Below are positions 11,158 through 19,854 of a stretch of DNA of 64,000 nucleotides, in pieces. The first letter of the stretch is position 1; each line of letters opens with the position of its first letter. The DNA comes from Patescibacteria group bacterium (lineage in GTDB: Bacteria; Patescibacteriota; Minisyncoccia; Phycocordibacterales; Phycocordibacteraceae), in assembly GCA_013815345.1 (NCBI GenBank), contig JACDGK010000001.1, forward strand, positions 3,076-67,075, read 5' to 3'. The position numbers were made by a program, and so were the translations under genes. Under the pieces are notes generated by a model that was not told where the DNA came from, searched no databases, and saw nothing but the letters and a program-made list of their open reading frames with translations.

Positions 11158-11883
11158 TTAAACATCGTAAATAACATCTTTGCGCTCCACGACCACCTTC
11201 CACTCATTTTGTTTCGCATGTCGATATAAAAGTCGGTTCGGATTGAAGGCAATCGGTGTCTCGACAAGATCAAGCATCGAAATGTCACTTTCCGTATCAC
11301 CCACGCCGTAGGATCCCATGAGGGTAAGGTTTTCTTTCTCAACCGCGCGCTTCAATATAGCGCTTTTGTTCATGATCAAATGCTCATCGGTCACTACACC
11401 GGTAAAACGATCGCTGGCTCCCGTCTCATACAACGTTCCGTATGTTTTATTAAAACCAAGCTCGTACCCAAAGCCATCAACAATAAACTTTGGCGAGTGA
11501 GATACGCCGAGCAAATAGTATCCATTGCTTTTTAAATCATGAATCAGGTCCCGCGTGTAGCGATACACGCGATGTTTCTTTTGCTCGATAATCTCGCCCG
11601 CCACATCAGCAACGTCACTATAGAGCGTGCCTTTCACATGATGTGCAAACGCCTCAACAACCTTTTTAATAAATGGTCCGTATTCACCATTTCGATTCAG
11701 CCATTCAACTTGAGCCGGCTCATATACTTGACGAGCGTCAGCAGGAAATATTTCCCGCTCGATTAACGCATCAACCAACTCTATTAAAAGAGAAGCGCGG
11801 AAAACCGTTCCATCAATATCAAAAACTGCCACAGGTTGCTTTTCTGTCGGATCTTTAGTCATAACTCTATGGTACCTCCACAT
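11158..11883 (-). CDS. HAD-superfamily hydrolase (subfamily IB-like)
   Basis: Motif I DIDGTV and motif IV GDTESD. Start could be the internal MTKDP. Confidence 0.75.
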   Translation of the reverse strand: MWRYHRVMTKDPTEKQPVAVFDIDGTVFRASLLIELVDALIEREIFPADARQVYEPAQVEWLNRNGEYGPFIKKVVEAFAHHVKGTLYSDVADVAGEIIEQKKHRVYRYTRDLIHDLKSNGYYLLGVSHSPKFIVDGFGYELGFNKTYGTLYETGASDRFTGVVTDEHLIMNKSAILKRAVEKENLTLMGSYGVGDTESDISMLDLVETPIAFNPNRLLYRHAKQNEWKVVVERKDVIYDV

Positions 11884-12157
11884 CCGCTAAAACAGAAAAC
11901 GCCCCCAGAATTTGGAAGCGTCTTTTCGAAAAAGAACTATAAAAAATGAGCTTGGCCCAGTCCCAAGAAGCACAGCAGGTGGCTATAAAATGCCAGGTTT
12001 CCCTGGAATGCCCTGTGACCACGCACCTCATTAGGCTCCGGGGAGAGCGCACAAAGGTGAATACGAGCCATACCCCGTGGACTTTCTTGTCACCGCTTGA
12101 TTCAAGGAACTGGGACCTCGAAGACTATACTCCGGATAGAATATTTTTGCAAACTTT

Positions 12158-12844
12158 CTACTTAGCTTTTGGCCAGCGCTCGGCAGCAGGGGGCCAGATC
12201 TTGGTAAGGGGGTGTTCGTCACAGGCGTGCGGAAGAGCGGGACATACGTAGCGACCATATAGAACGAATCCGTTATTTACATATTTCCAATCTTCTTTTG
12301 GCATAAGTGCTTCAAGGTCTTTCGAGATTTTCGTGAGGTCAGTATTGCTCGTGAGATCGAAACGAAGCGATAAGCGTCGTACATGCGTGTCGGTCGGGAT
12401 ACCTTCCCAGATATTGTAAAGTTCACCGAGTATGACGTGTGAAGATTTGTACGCAACACCGGGCAAGCGAATCAATTCCTCAAGCGTTTTAGGAATCTCG
12501 CCCCCAAACTCATCTTGAACGAGTTTTCCGGCGGCAATGACATTCTTTGCTTTCGCTGCAGGAAATGTTATCGAAGAAATCTCACGTACAAACATATCAA
12601 AATCAGCATTCGCAAAGTCACGTGCGGTTCGATATTTCTTATACAATGTGTCGGTAACATGATTTACTTTCTTATCCGTGCACTGTGCAGAAAGCATTAC
12701 TGCGGCCACGAGTTGGAAAGGTGTTTCGTAGGTGAGCTCGGTAACCGGCGTAGGGTAGGTTTTTTTAAGATACGCAAGAATAAGTCGTGCGCGCTGCACG
12801 CGTTCTTCAGTCGTTGAGAGGACAGGAAGCAGCAATGCGCTCAT
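12158..12844 (-). CDS. nth: Endonuclease III-like HhH-GPD glycosylase (Nth family) with an incomplete Cys cluster
   Basis: HhH motif LIRLPGVAYKSSHVIL and a catalytic Lys/Asp region. The C-terminus has only C-X6-C (CPALPHAC) instead of four Cys. Confidence 0.7.
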   Translation of the reverse strand: MSALLLPVLSTTEERVQRARLILAYLKKTYPTPVTELTYETPFQLVAAVMLSAQCTDKKVNHVTDTLYKKYRTARDFANADFDMFVREISSITFPAAKAKNVIAAGKLVQDEFGGEIPKTLEELIRLPGVAYKSSHVILGELYNIWEGIPTDTHVRRLSLRFDLTSNTDLTKISKDLEALMPKEDWKYVNNGFVLYGRYVCPALPHACDEHPLTKIWPPAAERWPKAK

Positions 12845-12866
12845 AGTACTTTGACTTTAGATGCAA

Positions 12867-14054
12867 TTAAAATTCAGAAAGATCCCGCGAGTATTTCCGG
12901 AATGCAAATTGATAGAGAAGCGAGAGCAATACCCCGCCTGCGGTAGCACCCAAGACTATCTCAACAACCGACCCAATCACAGGAACAAGACCGATGAGGT
13001 AGAGCACTAGGACTCCCAGAATTGCGGTGCGCCACGAAACGTTTCTTTTTTTACGCAACGCTCGCATGAGCGCTGCCCCAGCGAGCACGGCAGCATACAC
13101 ATACGAAAGAAGGAGGAAAAGAATATATGCGGCGCCGATGATAAAGGCTATACCGATCCCCACGAACGAAACGATGAGGAAAAGGAATAAGACCGGTACG
13201 GCAACAAATGCCGCAAATCCAAGCAAAGTCATGAGAATAAATCGTTCAGGGGTGCGGGTGAGCGCTGCCTCTACCACCCGATCAGTAAGCAACGGAAAGA
13301 GTCCCGCAATGAGCCCTACCGCGACAAGTGCTGCAGTAATACGAACAAGAACAAATACCCAAAATCCGGCGAGGGCAAATGTCTTCGCCTGCTGTGCCGT
13401 TGGAAGGTAGGGTTCTGCGCCGATGTAGGTTACTCCTTTATCTACCATCGCTGAAGCAGCTATATCCGCCTGTGCCGGTGCGTTATATTTTAATGCACCA
13501 TGGATGATTGTTCCTGGACCCACTGACACACGATCCGATGCGACCACTTGCACGTCGCCATTGAATTCACCCGAGAGAGATACGGTGGCACCATAAATAG
13601 TTACGGGACCGTTCGAGCCGTTGGTCATTTGCACCGTGCCTCCTCCAATGTATGTGTTCTTTGCTTTTCCCGATACATTTACGATGCCTCCTGCTGCCAT
13701 AAAGTCGCCGTTGACCGTGTCCTCAAGATTTATACGGCCACCAATAACCCGCACGTCTCCTGCTATGGGTTTATGAATATCAATAGTTCCGCCAGCAAGC
13801 AGTGCGTCGCCTTGTATCGGTGCGGAAAGAGTAAGCGTACCGCCGATGGCGCTCAAATCTGCTAACAGAGGAACGTTTATCGTCACTTGACCGCCGGCAT
13901 AGTACGCGTTATTCGGAGTTGATGAGGAAACCTCGATGACGCGGGCACCTTCTACTGTTTGAGCCTGAGAAAGCTCCGGAATAACGAACATGAGCAGGGC
14001 AAATGTACCTACTAAAACGACGCGGGCACTGAGGATTATCGTCTGAGGCTTCAT
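12867..14054 (-). CDS. Membrane protein: signal peptide plus Gly-rich beta-helical (bactofilin/DUF583-like) repeats fused to a C-terminal polytopic TM domain
   Basis: Repeating GG[TR]I/V..G.. units (GGTLTLSAPIQGDALLAGGTIDIHKPIAGDVRVIGGRINL...) followed by 5-6 hydrophobic helices. Confidence 0.55.
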   Translation of the reverse strand: MKPQTIILSARVVLVGTFALLMFVIPELSQAQTVEGARVIEVSSSTPNNAYYAGGQVTINVPLLADLSAIGGTLTLSAPIQGDALLAGGTIDIHKPIAGDVRVIGGRINLEDTVNGDFMAAGGIVNVSGKAKNTYIGGGTVQMTNGSNGPVTIYGATVSLSGEFNGDVQVVASDRVSVGPGTIIHGALKYNAPAQADIAASAMVDKGVTYIGAEPYLPTAQQAKTFALAGFWVFVLVRITAALVAVGLIAGLFPLLTDRVVEAALTRTPERFILMTLLGFAAFVAVPVLFLFLIVSFVGIGIAFIIGAAYILFLLLSYVYAAVLAGAALMRALRKKRNVSWRTAILGVLVLYLIGLVPVIGSVVEIVLGATAGGVLLSLLYQFAFRKYSRDLSEF

Positions 14055-14156
14055 ATGCCGTATGGTATCACGCAGCCAGAACCCTCACTACCGATACGAG
14101 CATTGTAACCGTTACCATGTATGGTATACTTTACATATATCTAATCGATACTATCT

Positions 14157-14576
14157 ATGCCAAACGTTGAAAAAACAGAAGAAGAGTGGAAGAAGGAACT
14201 CACCCCCGAAGAATACCGCGTGCTTCGTGAGAGCGGCACCGAAGCTCCTTGGAAAGGTGCATTCGTCGACAATCACGAAACAGGGATGTATAGCTGCAAA
14301 GCGTGTGGCGCAAATCTTTTTTCTTCTGACACAAAGTTTGACTCTAAGAGCGGCTGGCCTTCCTTTACCGATGCCGCAGTTGCTGAAAACGTCGGCACTC
14401 GGTCAGATGATGCGCTCGGTATGCATCGCACCGAAGTCTTTTGTAAGAACTGTGGCGGCCATCTTGGGCATCTTTTTGATGACGGGCCCGTGGAAGCAGG
14501 CGGCAAACGTTACTGCATAAACTCCGTCTCTCTTGCATTTGAAAAAGAAGGTGAGCAAAAGACCGATGCTTCATAA
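14157..14576 (+). CDS. msrB: Peptide-methionine (R)-S-oxide reductase MsrB
   Basis: CxxC...CxxC zinc motif pairs (CKACGANLF, CKNCGGHLGHLF) and RYCINS. Confidence 0.9.
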   Translation: MPNVEKTEEEWKKELTPEEYRVLRESGTEAPWKGAFVDNHETGMYSCKACGANLFSSDTKFDSKSGWPSFTDAAVAENVGTRSDDALGMHRTEVFCKNCGGHLGHLFDDGPVEAGGKRYCINSVSLAFEKEGEQKTDAS

Positions 14577-14579
14577 AGT

Positions 14580-15134
14580 ATGAATGATTCTCAAAAACAA
14601 ACGGCTGTATTTGGTGGTGGATGTTTCTGGTGCACCGATGCAGTATTTAAAATGCTTAAGGGCGTTGAATCCATAACATCAGGCTACGCAGGCGGCACGA
14701 CCGAAAATCCTACCTATCGTGAGGTGGGCGGTGGGCGGACGGGTCATGCGGAAGTTATTAGTATAGATTTCGACTCCTCACAGATTTCTTTCCGCGATCT
14801 CATGACCGTGTTTTTCGCGACGCATGACGCAACGCAATTAAACCGACAAGGTGCAGATGTCGGTACCCAGTATCGTTCAATCATTTTATACACGAACGAA
14901 GAGCAAAAGACCGAAGCCGAAGCCTTTATAAAGGAGCTCAATAATTCAACTGGTGAGGGTGATCCCGTGGTGACGGAAGTCGCACCACTGACGAAATTCT
15001 ATTCGGCGGAAGACTATCATCAAGACTATTTCACTCAGAATCCTAACCAGAGCTATTGTCAGATTGTCATCGCTCCAAAGCTCCAGCATGCTCAGAAAGA
15101 ATTTGCAGCCCTCCTGAAAACACAAAGCAGCTAG
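14580..15134 (+). CDS. msrA: Peptide-methionine (S)-S-oxide reductase MsrA
   Basis: GGGCFWC active-site motif, 3 nt after msrB. Confidence 0.9.
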   Translation: MNDSQKQTAVFGGGCFWCTDAVFKMLKGVESITSGYAGGTTENPTYREVGGGRTGHAEVISIDFDSSQISFRDLMTVFFATHDATQLNRQGADVGTQYRSIILYTNEEQKTEAEAFIKELNNSTGEGDPVVTEVAPLTKFYSAEDYHQDYFTQNPNQSYCQIVIAPKLQHAQKEFAALLKTQSS

Positions 15135-15166
15135 GCGTTCCACCTAGCTGCTTTGTGTAAATTTTT
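15120..15166. terminator. Bidirectional terminator hairpin (ACACAAAGCAGCTAGG-loop-CCTAGCTGCTTTGTGT followed by AAATTTTT)
   Basis: Perfect 16-bp inverted repeat overlapping the msrA stop codon, between convergent genes. Confidence 0.55.
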
Positions 15167-15206
15167 CCCGTTCGTTTTTATCGTCACGTTAGCCCATTCG
15201 ACGATT

Positions 15207-15416
15207 TTACTCTGCAGGTGTCGCGTCCCATTTCTTTTTAAATTCATCTCCCCATTTATTCGGATCTTCAGCGTGCATCTCTTCCATCTTCTTTGCCGTA
15301 TCTGGATGATTTTCCATAACATGCGCGGTCATTTTTTTAACCATCTCCTCAGAAGTCTCCGCCGTCATTGCTGCGTCACATTCACCTCCGAGCTCCTTGC
15401 AGGTCATTGTTTTCAT
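15207..15416 (-). CDS. DUF1059-family small protein (start taken at MKTMTCKELGGECD)
   Basis: C-x5-C at the N-terminus and His-rich ...MTAHVMENHPD... typical of DUF1059. The listed ORF extends 20 codons further upstream. Confidence 0.6.
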   Translation of the reverse strand: MKTMTCKELGGECDAAMTAETSEEMVKKMTAHVMENHPDTAKKMEEMHAEDPNKWGDEFKKKWDATPAE

Positions 15417-15512
15417 AGGGTTATATATGTAAGTGAATAATGTATCAGTATTAAAGATCGCATATGAAGCATGCATGAGCAGTATCGATAGGCATTTTTA
15501 AAGCGCTATTAT

Positions 15513-16241
15513 TTATGGAATAAGTCGTTTGACTTCTTTTATGAGCTTTTCTGTAGGAATATCTTCTCTGCTGCGTGGGCGCGAAAATGAAATAGGAACC
15601 TTATGAGAAATCGTCCCCCCAGAAAAAACAAGTATCTCATCCGCAAGAAGCACTGCATCCTCGATACTATGCGAGACCATGAGCATGGTGATATTTCGAT
15701 CGGCGAATATTTGCAGTAGTTCTCGTGAGAGATGTTCAGTTGTTTCGACGTCGAGTGCAGAAAAAGGTTCGTCGAGTAAGAGAAGTTCTGGGTCAGATAC
15801 GAGCGCACGAGCAATACCGACCCGCTGTCTTTGTCCGCCTGAAAGATCCCGAGGATACACGTGTGCAAAGTCCGTGAGGCCGAGGTTTGTGAGCTCCTCA
15901 TGAACACGTTTCGCGTGTTCATGCTTTGTGCCCGGTGTATCACTAAACCCTAAATGCACATTCTGTTGTACGGTACGCCAGGGCAAGAGTGCGCCATTCT
16001 GGAAGATCATACGCGTGCGCGCGGTATTCGTAACGGTTCCTTTTAGCGGTTTCTCCAGACCCACACTAAGGCGCAAAAGTGTCGATTTACCGCCCCCCGA
16101 GGGCCCAACAATAGCGGTAAAAGAGCGAGGGGCGAGTGTAAATGAGACCTCATGCATCACCACCGGTAGATGCGGTTCATAGGCAAAAAAAACATGATCA
16201 AAGGAGAGTACGAATTTTGAGGGGTCAGCAGCCATATTCAT
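15513..16241 (-). CDS. ABC transporter ATP-binding protein (NitT/TauT aliphatic sulfonate/nitrate family)
   Basis: Walker A GPSGGGKST, signature LSGGQRQRV and Walker B LLLLDEP. Confidence 0.85.
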   Translation of the reverse strand: MNMAADPSKFVLSFDHVFFAYEPHLPVVMHEVSFTLAPRSFTAIVGPSGGGKSTLLRLSVGLEKPLKGTVTNTARTRMIFQNGALLPWRTVQQNVHLGFSDTPGTKHEHAKRVHEELTNLGLTDFAHVYPRDLSGGQRQRVGIARALVSDPELLLLDEPFSALDVETTEHLSRELLQIFADRNITMLMVSHSIEDAVLLADEILVFSGGTISHKVPISFSRPRSREDIPTEKLIKEVKRLIP

Positions 16242-17056
16242 TACTCAAACTTATAACGTTCTGCACGGGCAAGAAGCGGCTGCCAGAGGAACAGATTGAT
16301 CGCAGTGATGGCAGCTATGAGTATTGTAATAGCGGCAAGAAGCGCGCCATTGTCCCCTGCCGAGGCAGCCGTCACGAGGATGCTGCCAATACCGAAAAGA
16401 TCAGACGCGTGGGAAGACTGGGGCGCATACGCGTGAAGAGCTTCAGCAACGATAAGAATGTTCCATCCTGCCGCAAGCGCGAGGATTGAACCAGTCACAA
16501 GTGGCGGAAAAAGTGCGGGAAGAGTAATTTTCGTAAAGCGTTCCCACTTCGATAAACCGAAAACATAGCCGACTGCTTTTACATCTCGGGGAATAGTTTT
16601 TAATCCTCCGATAGCATTGAAAACAATGCTCCAGATCATCGTGAAGAAGAGCATAAAGATCGCTGCTCCTTCGAGAAATCCTGAACGCACGAAAAAAATA
16701 ATAATGACGGGAAAGAATGCCAGTATAGGAATTGACTCGAGTACGTCATAGATAGGAAGCAGAATGCTTTCCACGGTGCGACTTTTCTCGACGAGGAGCG
16801 CAAGAAGCACCGCAAAAATAAGTGAAAACGTGTAAGCAACCAATAGTCGTAAAAGGGATGAACCTAGCGCGAGAAGCAATATGCCGAATTGCAGTTTGTA
16901 GGGCAACGGAATAAATAATGCGCCGGTAGCAAAGAATGAGGCAAGAACAATGAGAAAGAGCGGCAGTATGATTCCACTTCCAAGTCTTCGAAGAAGTGTG
17001 GTCGGGTGCTTGCGACGTCCGCGATGGCTATAGTAGTGCAAACGCGTCTTTCGCAT
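16241..17056 (-). CDS. ABC transporter permease (binding-protein-dependent family)
   Basis: Six TM helices and an EAA-like loop (EALHAYAP). The start overlaps the ATPase stop (ATGA). Confidence 0.8.
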   Translation of the reverse strand: MRKTRLHYYSHRGRRKHPTTLLRRLGSGIILPLFLIVLASFFATGALFIPLPYKLQFGILLLALGSSLLRLLVAYTFSLIFAVLLALLVEKSRTVESILLPIYDVLESIPILAFFPVIIIFFVRSGFLEGAAIFMLFFTMIWSIVFNAIGGLKTIPRDVKAVGYVFGLSKWERFTKITLPALFPPLVTGSILALAAGWNILIVAEALHAYAPQSSHASDLFGIGSILVTAASAGDNGALLAAITILIAAITAINLFLWQPLLARAERYKFE

Positions 17057-17112
17057 AGATAGTTCTATTCTAGCATCACACTCTAGTCACCTGCCGTAAC
17101 CTTGAAAGTAGC

Positions 17113-17604
17113 TTAGAGACTGTCTTGAGATTGTCGCGGGCTGCGGAATTGCCAAATGTTTTGCAGTACAAAGAGAACGATAGATAGCGCGCCAAGCGTA
17201 TTCACGAGAAGAAGCGCTTTTGCATATGCATTCAGAGGAAGATACAAAGGATTGAGCGCAAAAATCATGATGCTATTAAGCAAAAGACTTGGCGGATCGA
17301 GCACGAGACCTTGAAAACTTCCCGGCATGGCGACCGAAAAGTACCAGTATTGAAAAGCAAAGAAAACTATGAACTCGGTAATAACGGCAGAGAGGAGAAA
17401 AAGCATGTGGTCAGCATTGCGCACCTCTCGTATCACCTCGGTCGAAATGATCACAATGCCAAGCGCTCCTCCGAGAGAAAAGAATACGATAACGCCTGCA
17501 GTAAATGGAGAGTTTCCGAAAAGGAAAAGTATACCGGCTTCGACGACAACGAGCAACGCAATACCTACTATCGAGTGCATTAGATTAAATCGTTTTCGCT
17601 TCAT
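17113..17604 (-). CDS. Hypothetical polytopic membrane protein (start at MKRKRF)
   Basis: Four or five hydrophobic helices and no recognised motif. Confidence 0.45.
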   Translation of the reverse strand: MKRKRFNLMHSIVGIALLVVVEAGILFLFGNSPFTAGVIVFFSLGGALGIVIISTEVIREVRNADHMLFLLSAVITEFIVFFAFQYWYFSVAMPGSFQGLVLDPPSLLLNSIMIFALNPLYLPLNAYAKALLLVNTLGALSIVLFVLQNIWQFRSPRQSQDSL

Positions 17605-17611
17605 AGGATAA

Positions 17612-17992
17612 TTAAAGTGCTGCGAAAATATCGACCATGTAACCATCAGGGTCAGCAATGATCGCGTAGCGCTGTCCCCAAAACGCGTCCCACGGTTCTT
17701 TGATGATGGTGAATCCTTTCTCCGCTATCTTTTTTGTCACCGCATCTACTTCGCTCGGACTGTCGCATTTGAGAGCAAACGAAGAGTGGTTCGCTGGTAG
17801 TGGGTCCTTACCCGTAATACTTTTGATGAGTTCATGATCATCGATCATTAAACGAACAGATCCCGTCTCGGTTATTGGCTCAAGATGCTTTTCCTCTGCA
17901 TCAAAGTCAGGAAACGTGAATCCGAGGAGAGAATAAAATTCAGCACTTTTCTTTAAATCCTTACTGGTAACTGCGACCGCGTCGAGTTTCAT
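17612..17992 (-). CDS. VOC/glyoxalase-bleomycin resistance family protein
   Basis: MKLDAVAVTSKDLKKSAEFYSLLGF... fits the VOC fold N-terminal beta-alpha-beta module. Confidence 0.7.
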   Translation of the reverse strand: MKLDAVAVTSKDLKKSAEFYSLLGFTFPDFDAEEKHLEPITETGSVRLMIDDHELIKSITGKDPLPANHSSFALKCDSPSEVDAVTKKIAEKGFTIIKEPWDAFWGQRYAIIADPDGYMVDIFAAL

Positions 17993-18024
17993 AAAACTAT
18001 TGTATACCACAACAAACAAGCATT

Positions 18025-19854
18025 CTAGCTCGAGCGTTTGCCATGCAGGAGAAGCTCGACGGCATGTTCCATAGAGCCTGCGGGAGTGAGCGTGCCACCA
18101 TTTACGAAGAAAATCTCGTCGGCATTTTGGATAGTGTTGAGACGGTGCGCGATGATGACTTTCGTGGTTGAAGCCGGCAACTGGTCAAGAATTTCTTCGA
18201 GAAGCTGTTCGGTGACCGTATCGATGTTTGCTGTTGCCTCGTCAAGGATAAGAATCTCCGGGTCACGAAGTGCCGCACCCATGAAGGCGATTAGCTGTTT
18301 CTGGCCGAGCGAAAGCGCGTCGCCGCTCGCGGCGACTTTTGTGGCGAGACCCTCTTCGAAACGAGAGACGAGCTTCGTGAGATGCGCTTCTTCTATGACT
18401 TTTGTAAGCTGTTCATCTGAGCAGTCAGTATAGGCTGCGTTTCCATACACGATGTTGTCACGCACCGTGCCACTAAAAAGGAATGGTTCTTGGAGAATGA
18501 ACCCAATCTTCTGCACGCGATCAGAAGGTTCGTACGAACGTACATCCTTTCCATCAAGAAATATGGTGCCGCTGGTCGGGTCATAGAGACGTGCCATGAG
18601 CGAAGCGGTCGTGGTTTTTCCGCCGCCCGTCGGCCCGACTAGTGCATACGTCTTCCCTCTTTCGAGAGTGAAACTAACATTGTTCAGCACGGTCTGCCCA
18701 CCAGGGTATCCAAAGGAGACATCTTTGAATGCAAGTACCGCATTTTCATCGCTCGTTTCGCCTTCGGGAATCACTTGCATATTGGACTGTAGCGCAAGCA
18801 CATCCTGAATACGGTCGAGCGAGGCGAGTGCGAGTTGAAGCGAAGACCATACGGCCGCTAATTGACGAAGAGGATTGTAGAAATTGTTGACATACAATAT
18901 ATAGCCGATAAGGAGACCGACCGTTAAGTGTCCGCTGAGAATGAGGTACAGGCCAAAGGCAAGCACAATGAGCTGACCCAGATTGCTCGCGAGTCCATAA
19001 AGTGGTGTGAAAAGATTCGAAGCAATCCCCGCCTCTATTGAGGCCTTGTAATTCGCTTGGTTTGCTCCGTCAAATTTCTCACGAAAATAATCGAGACGAT
19101 TGAATGCAACAATGACTTTAAAATTATTCAGACTTTCTTGAATCTCTGCACTCATCGCTCCGAGACTTTGCAATCCGGCACGACTTTTCCTTTTTACCCA
19201 GCCAGAAATGAACTGCGTGATGACAAGGACAAGGAGTGCAGGAATAAGTGCGGCAAGACCGAGTTTAAAATTAAGCGCGAGCAAGAAAATACCGGCTCCG
19301 CCGATCAGAAATGCGCTTCCCGCAAACTGCACAAGTGCCTGAGCAAAGAATTGATTTAATTTGTCCGTATCGCTGTTGATTCGGGAAATAAGATCACCCG
19401 TTTTATTTTGATTAAAGAATGCAATTGGAAGCTCTTGGAGCTTCGTGAAAAGCTCGTTGCGCATCTTGAAAAGCACACTGCGGCCCACGAGTCCCATTCG
19501 CTTCGTTTGAAAATAGGCTGCAAATAATCCAACCACATATACGACAAGAAGAAGGAGCGAGAAGATCAGAATACCATCAAAGTTTCCATGCGTAATATAT
19601 ACATCCACTACATGTGCGATGATGACCGGCGCAAGCAACGTCGAAAGCGCGTTTATAACGATAGCAACAAGCGCAATGGTGAGATTCCCTCTTTGATCAC
19701 TCAGCAACGGTGCGAGGCTTTGATATGCCCGTACAAATGTACCTTTTCCCTTCCCTTTTGAGTCGGTTGGGAGTACGTAGCTTACTATTTCATTTTTTGA
19801 TGAGGATTTATTCATAACTTTCGGTGCTCTTCTGTGAATCGTATATCTGTACAT
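18025..19854 (-). CDS. ABC exporter, fused TMD-NBD (MsbA/multidrug type), partner 1
   Basis: Six-TM N-domain, Walker A GPTGGGKTT, signature LSLGQKQLIA and Walker B ILILDEATA. Confidence 0.85.
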   Translation of the reverse strand: MYRYTIHRRAPKVMNKSSSKNEIVSYVLPTDSKGKGKGTFVRAYQSLAPLLSDQRGNLTIALVAIVINALSTLLAPVIIAHVVDVYITHGNFDGILIFSLLLLVVYVVGLFAAYFQTKRMGLVGRSVLFKMRNELFTKLQELPIAFFNQNKTGDLISRINSDTDKLNQFFAQALVQFAGSAFLIGGAGIFLLALNFKLGLAALIPALLVLVITQFISGWVKRKSRAGLQSLGAMSAEIQESLNNFKVIVAFNRLDYFREKFDGANQANYKASIEAGIASNLFTPLYGLASNLGQLIVLAFGLYLILSGHLTVGLLIGYILYVNNFYNPLRQLAAVWSSLQLALASLDRIQDVLALQSNMQVIPEGETSDENAVLAFKDVSFGYPGGQTVLNNVSFTLERGKTYALVGPTGGGKTTTASLMARLYDPTSGTIFLDGKDVRSYEPSDRVQKIGFILQEPFLFSGTVRDNIVYGNAAYTDCSDEQLTKVIEEAHLTKLVSRFEEGLATKVAASGDALSLGQKQLIAFMGAALRDPEILILDEATANIDTVTEQLLEEILDQLPASTTKVIIAHRLNTIQNADEIFFVNGGTLTPAGSMEHAVELLLHGKRSS

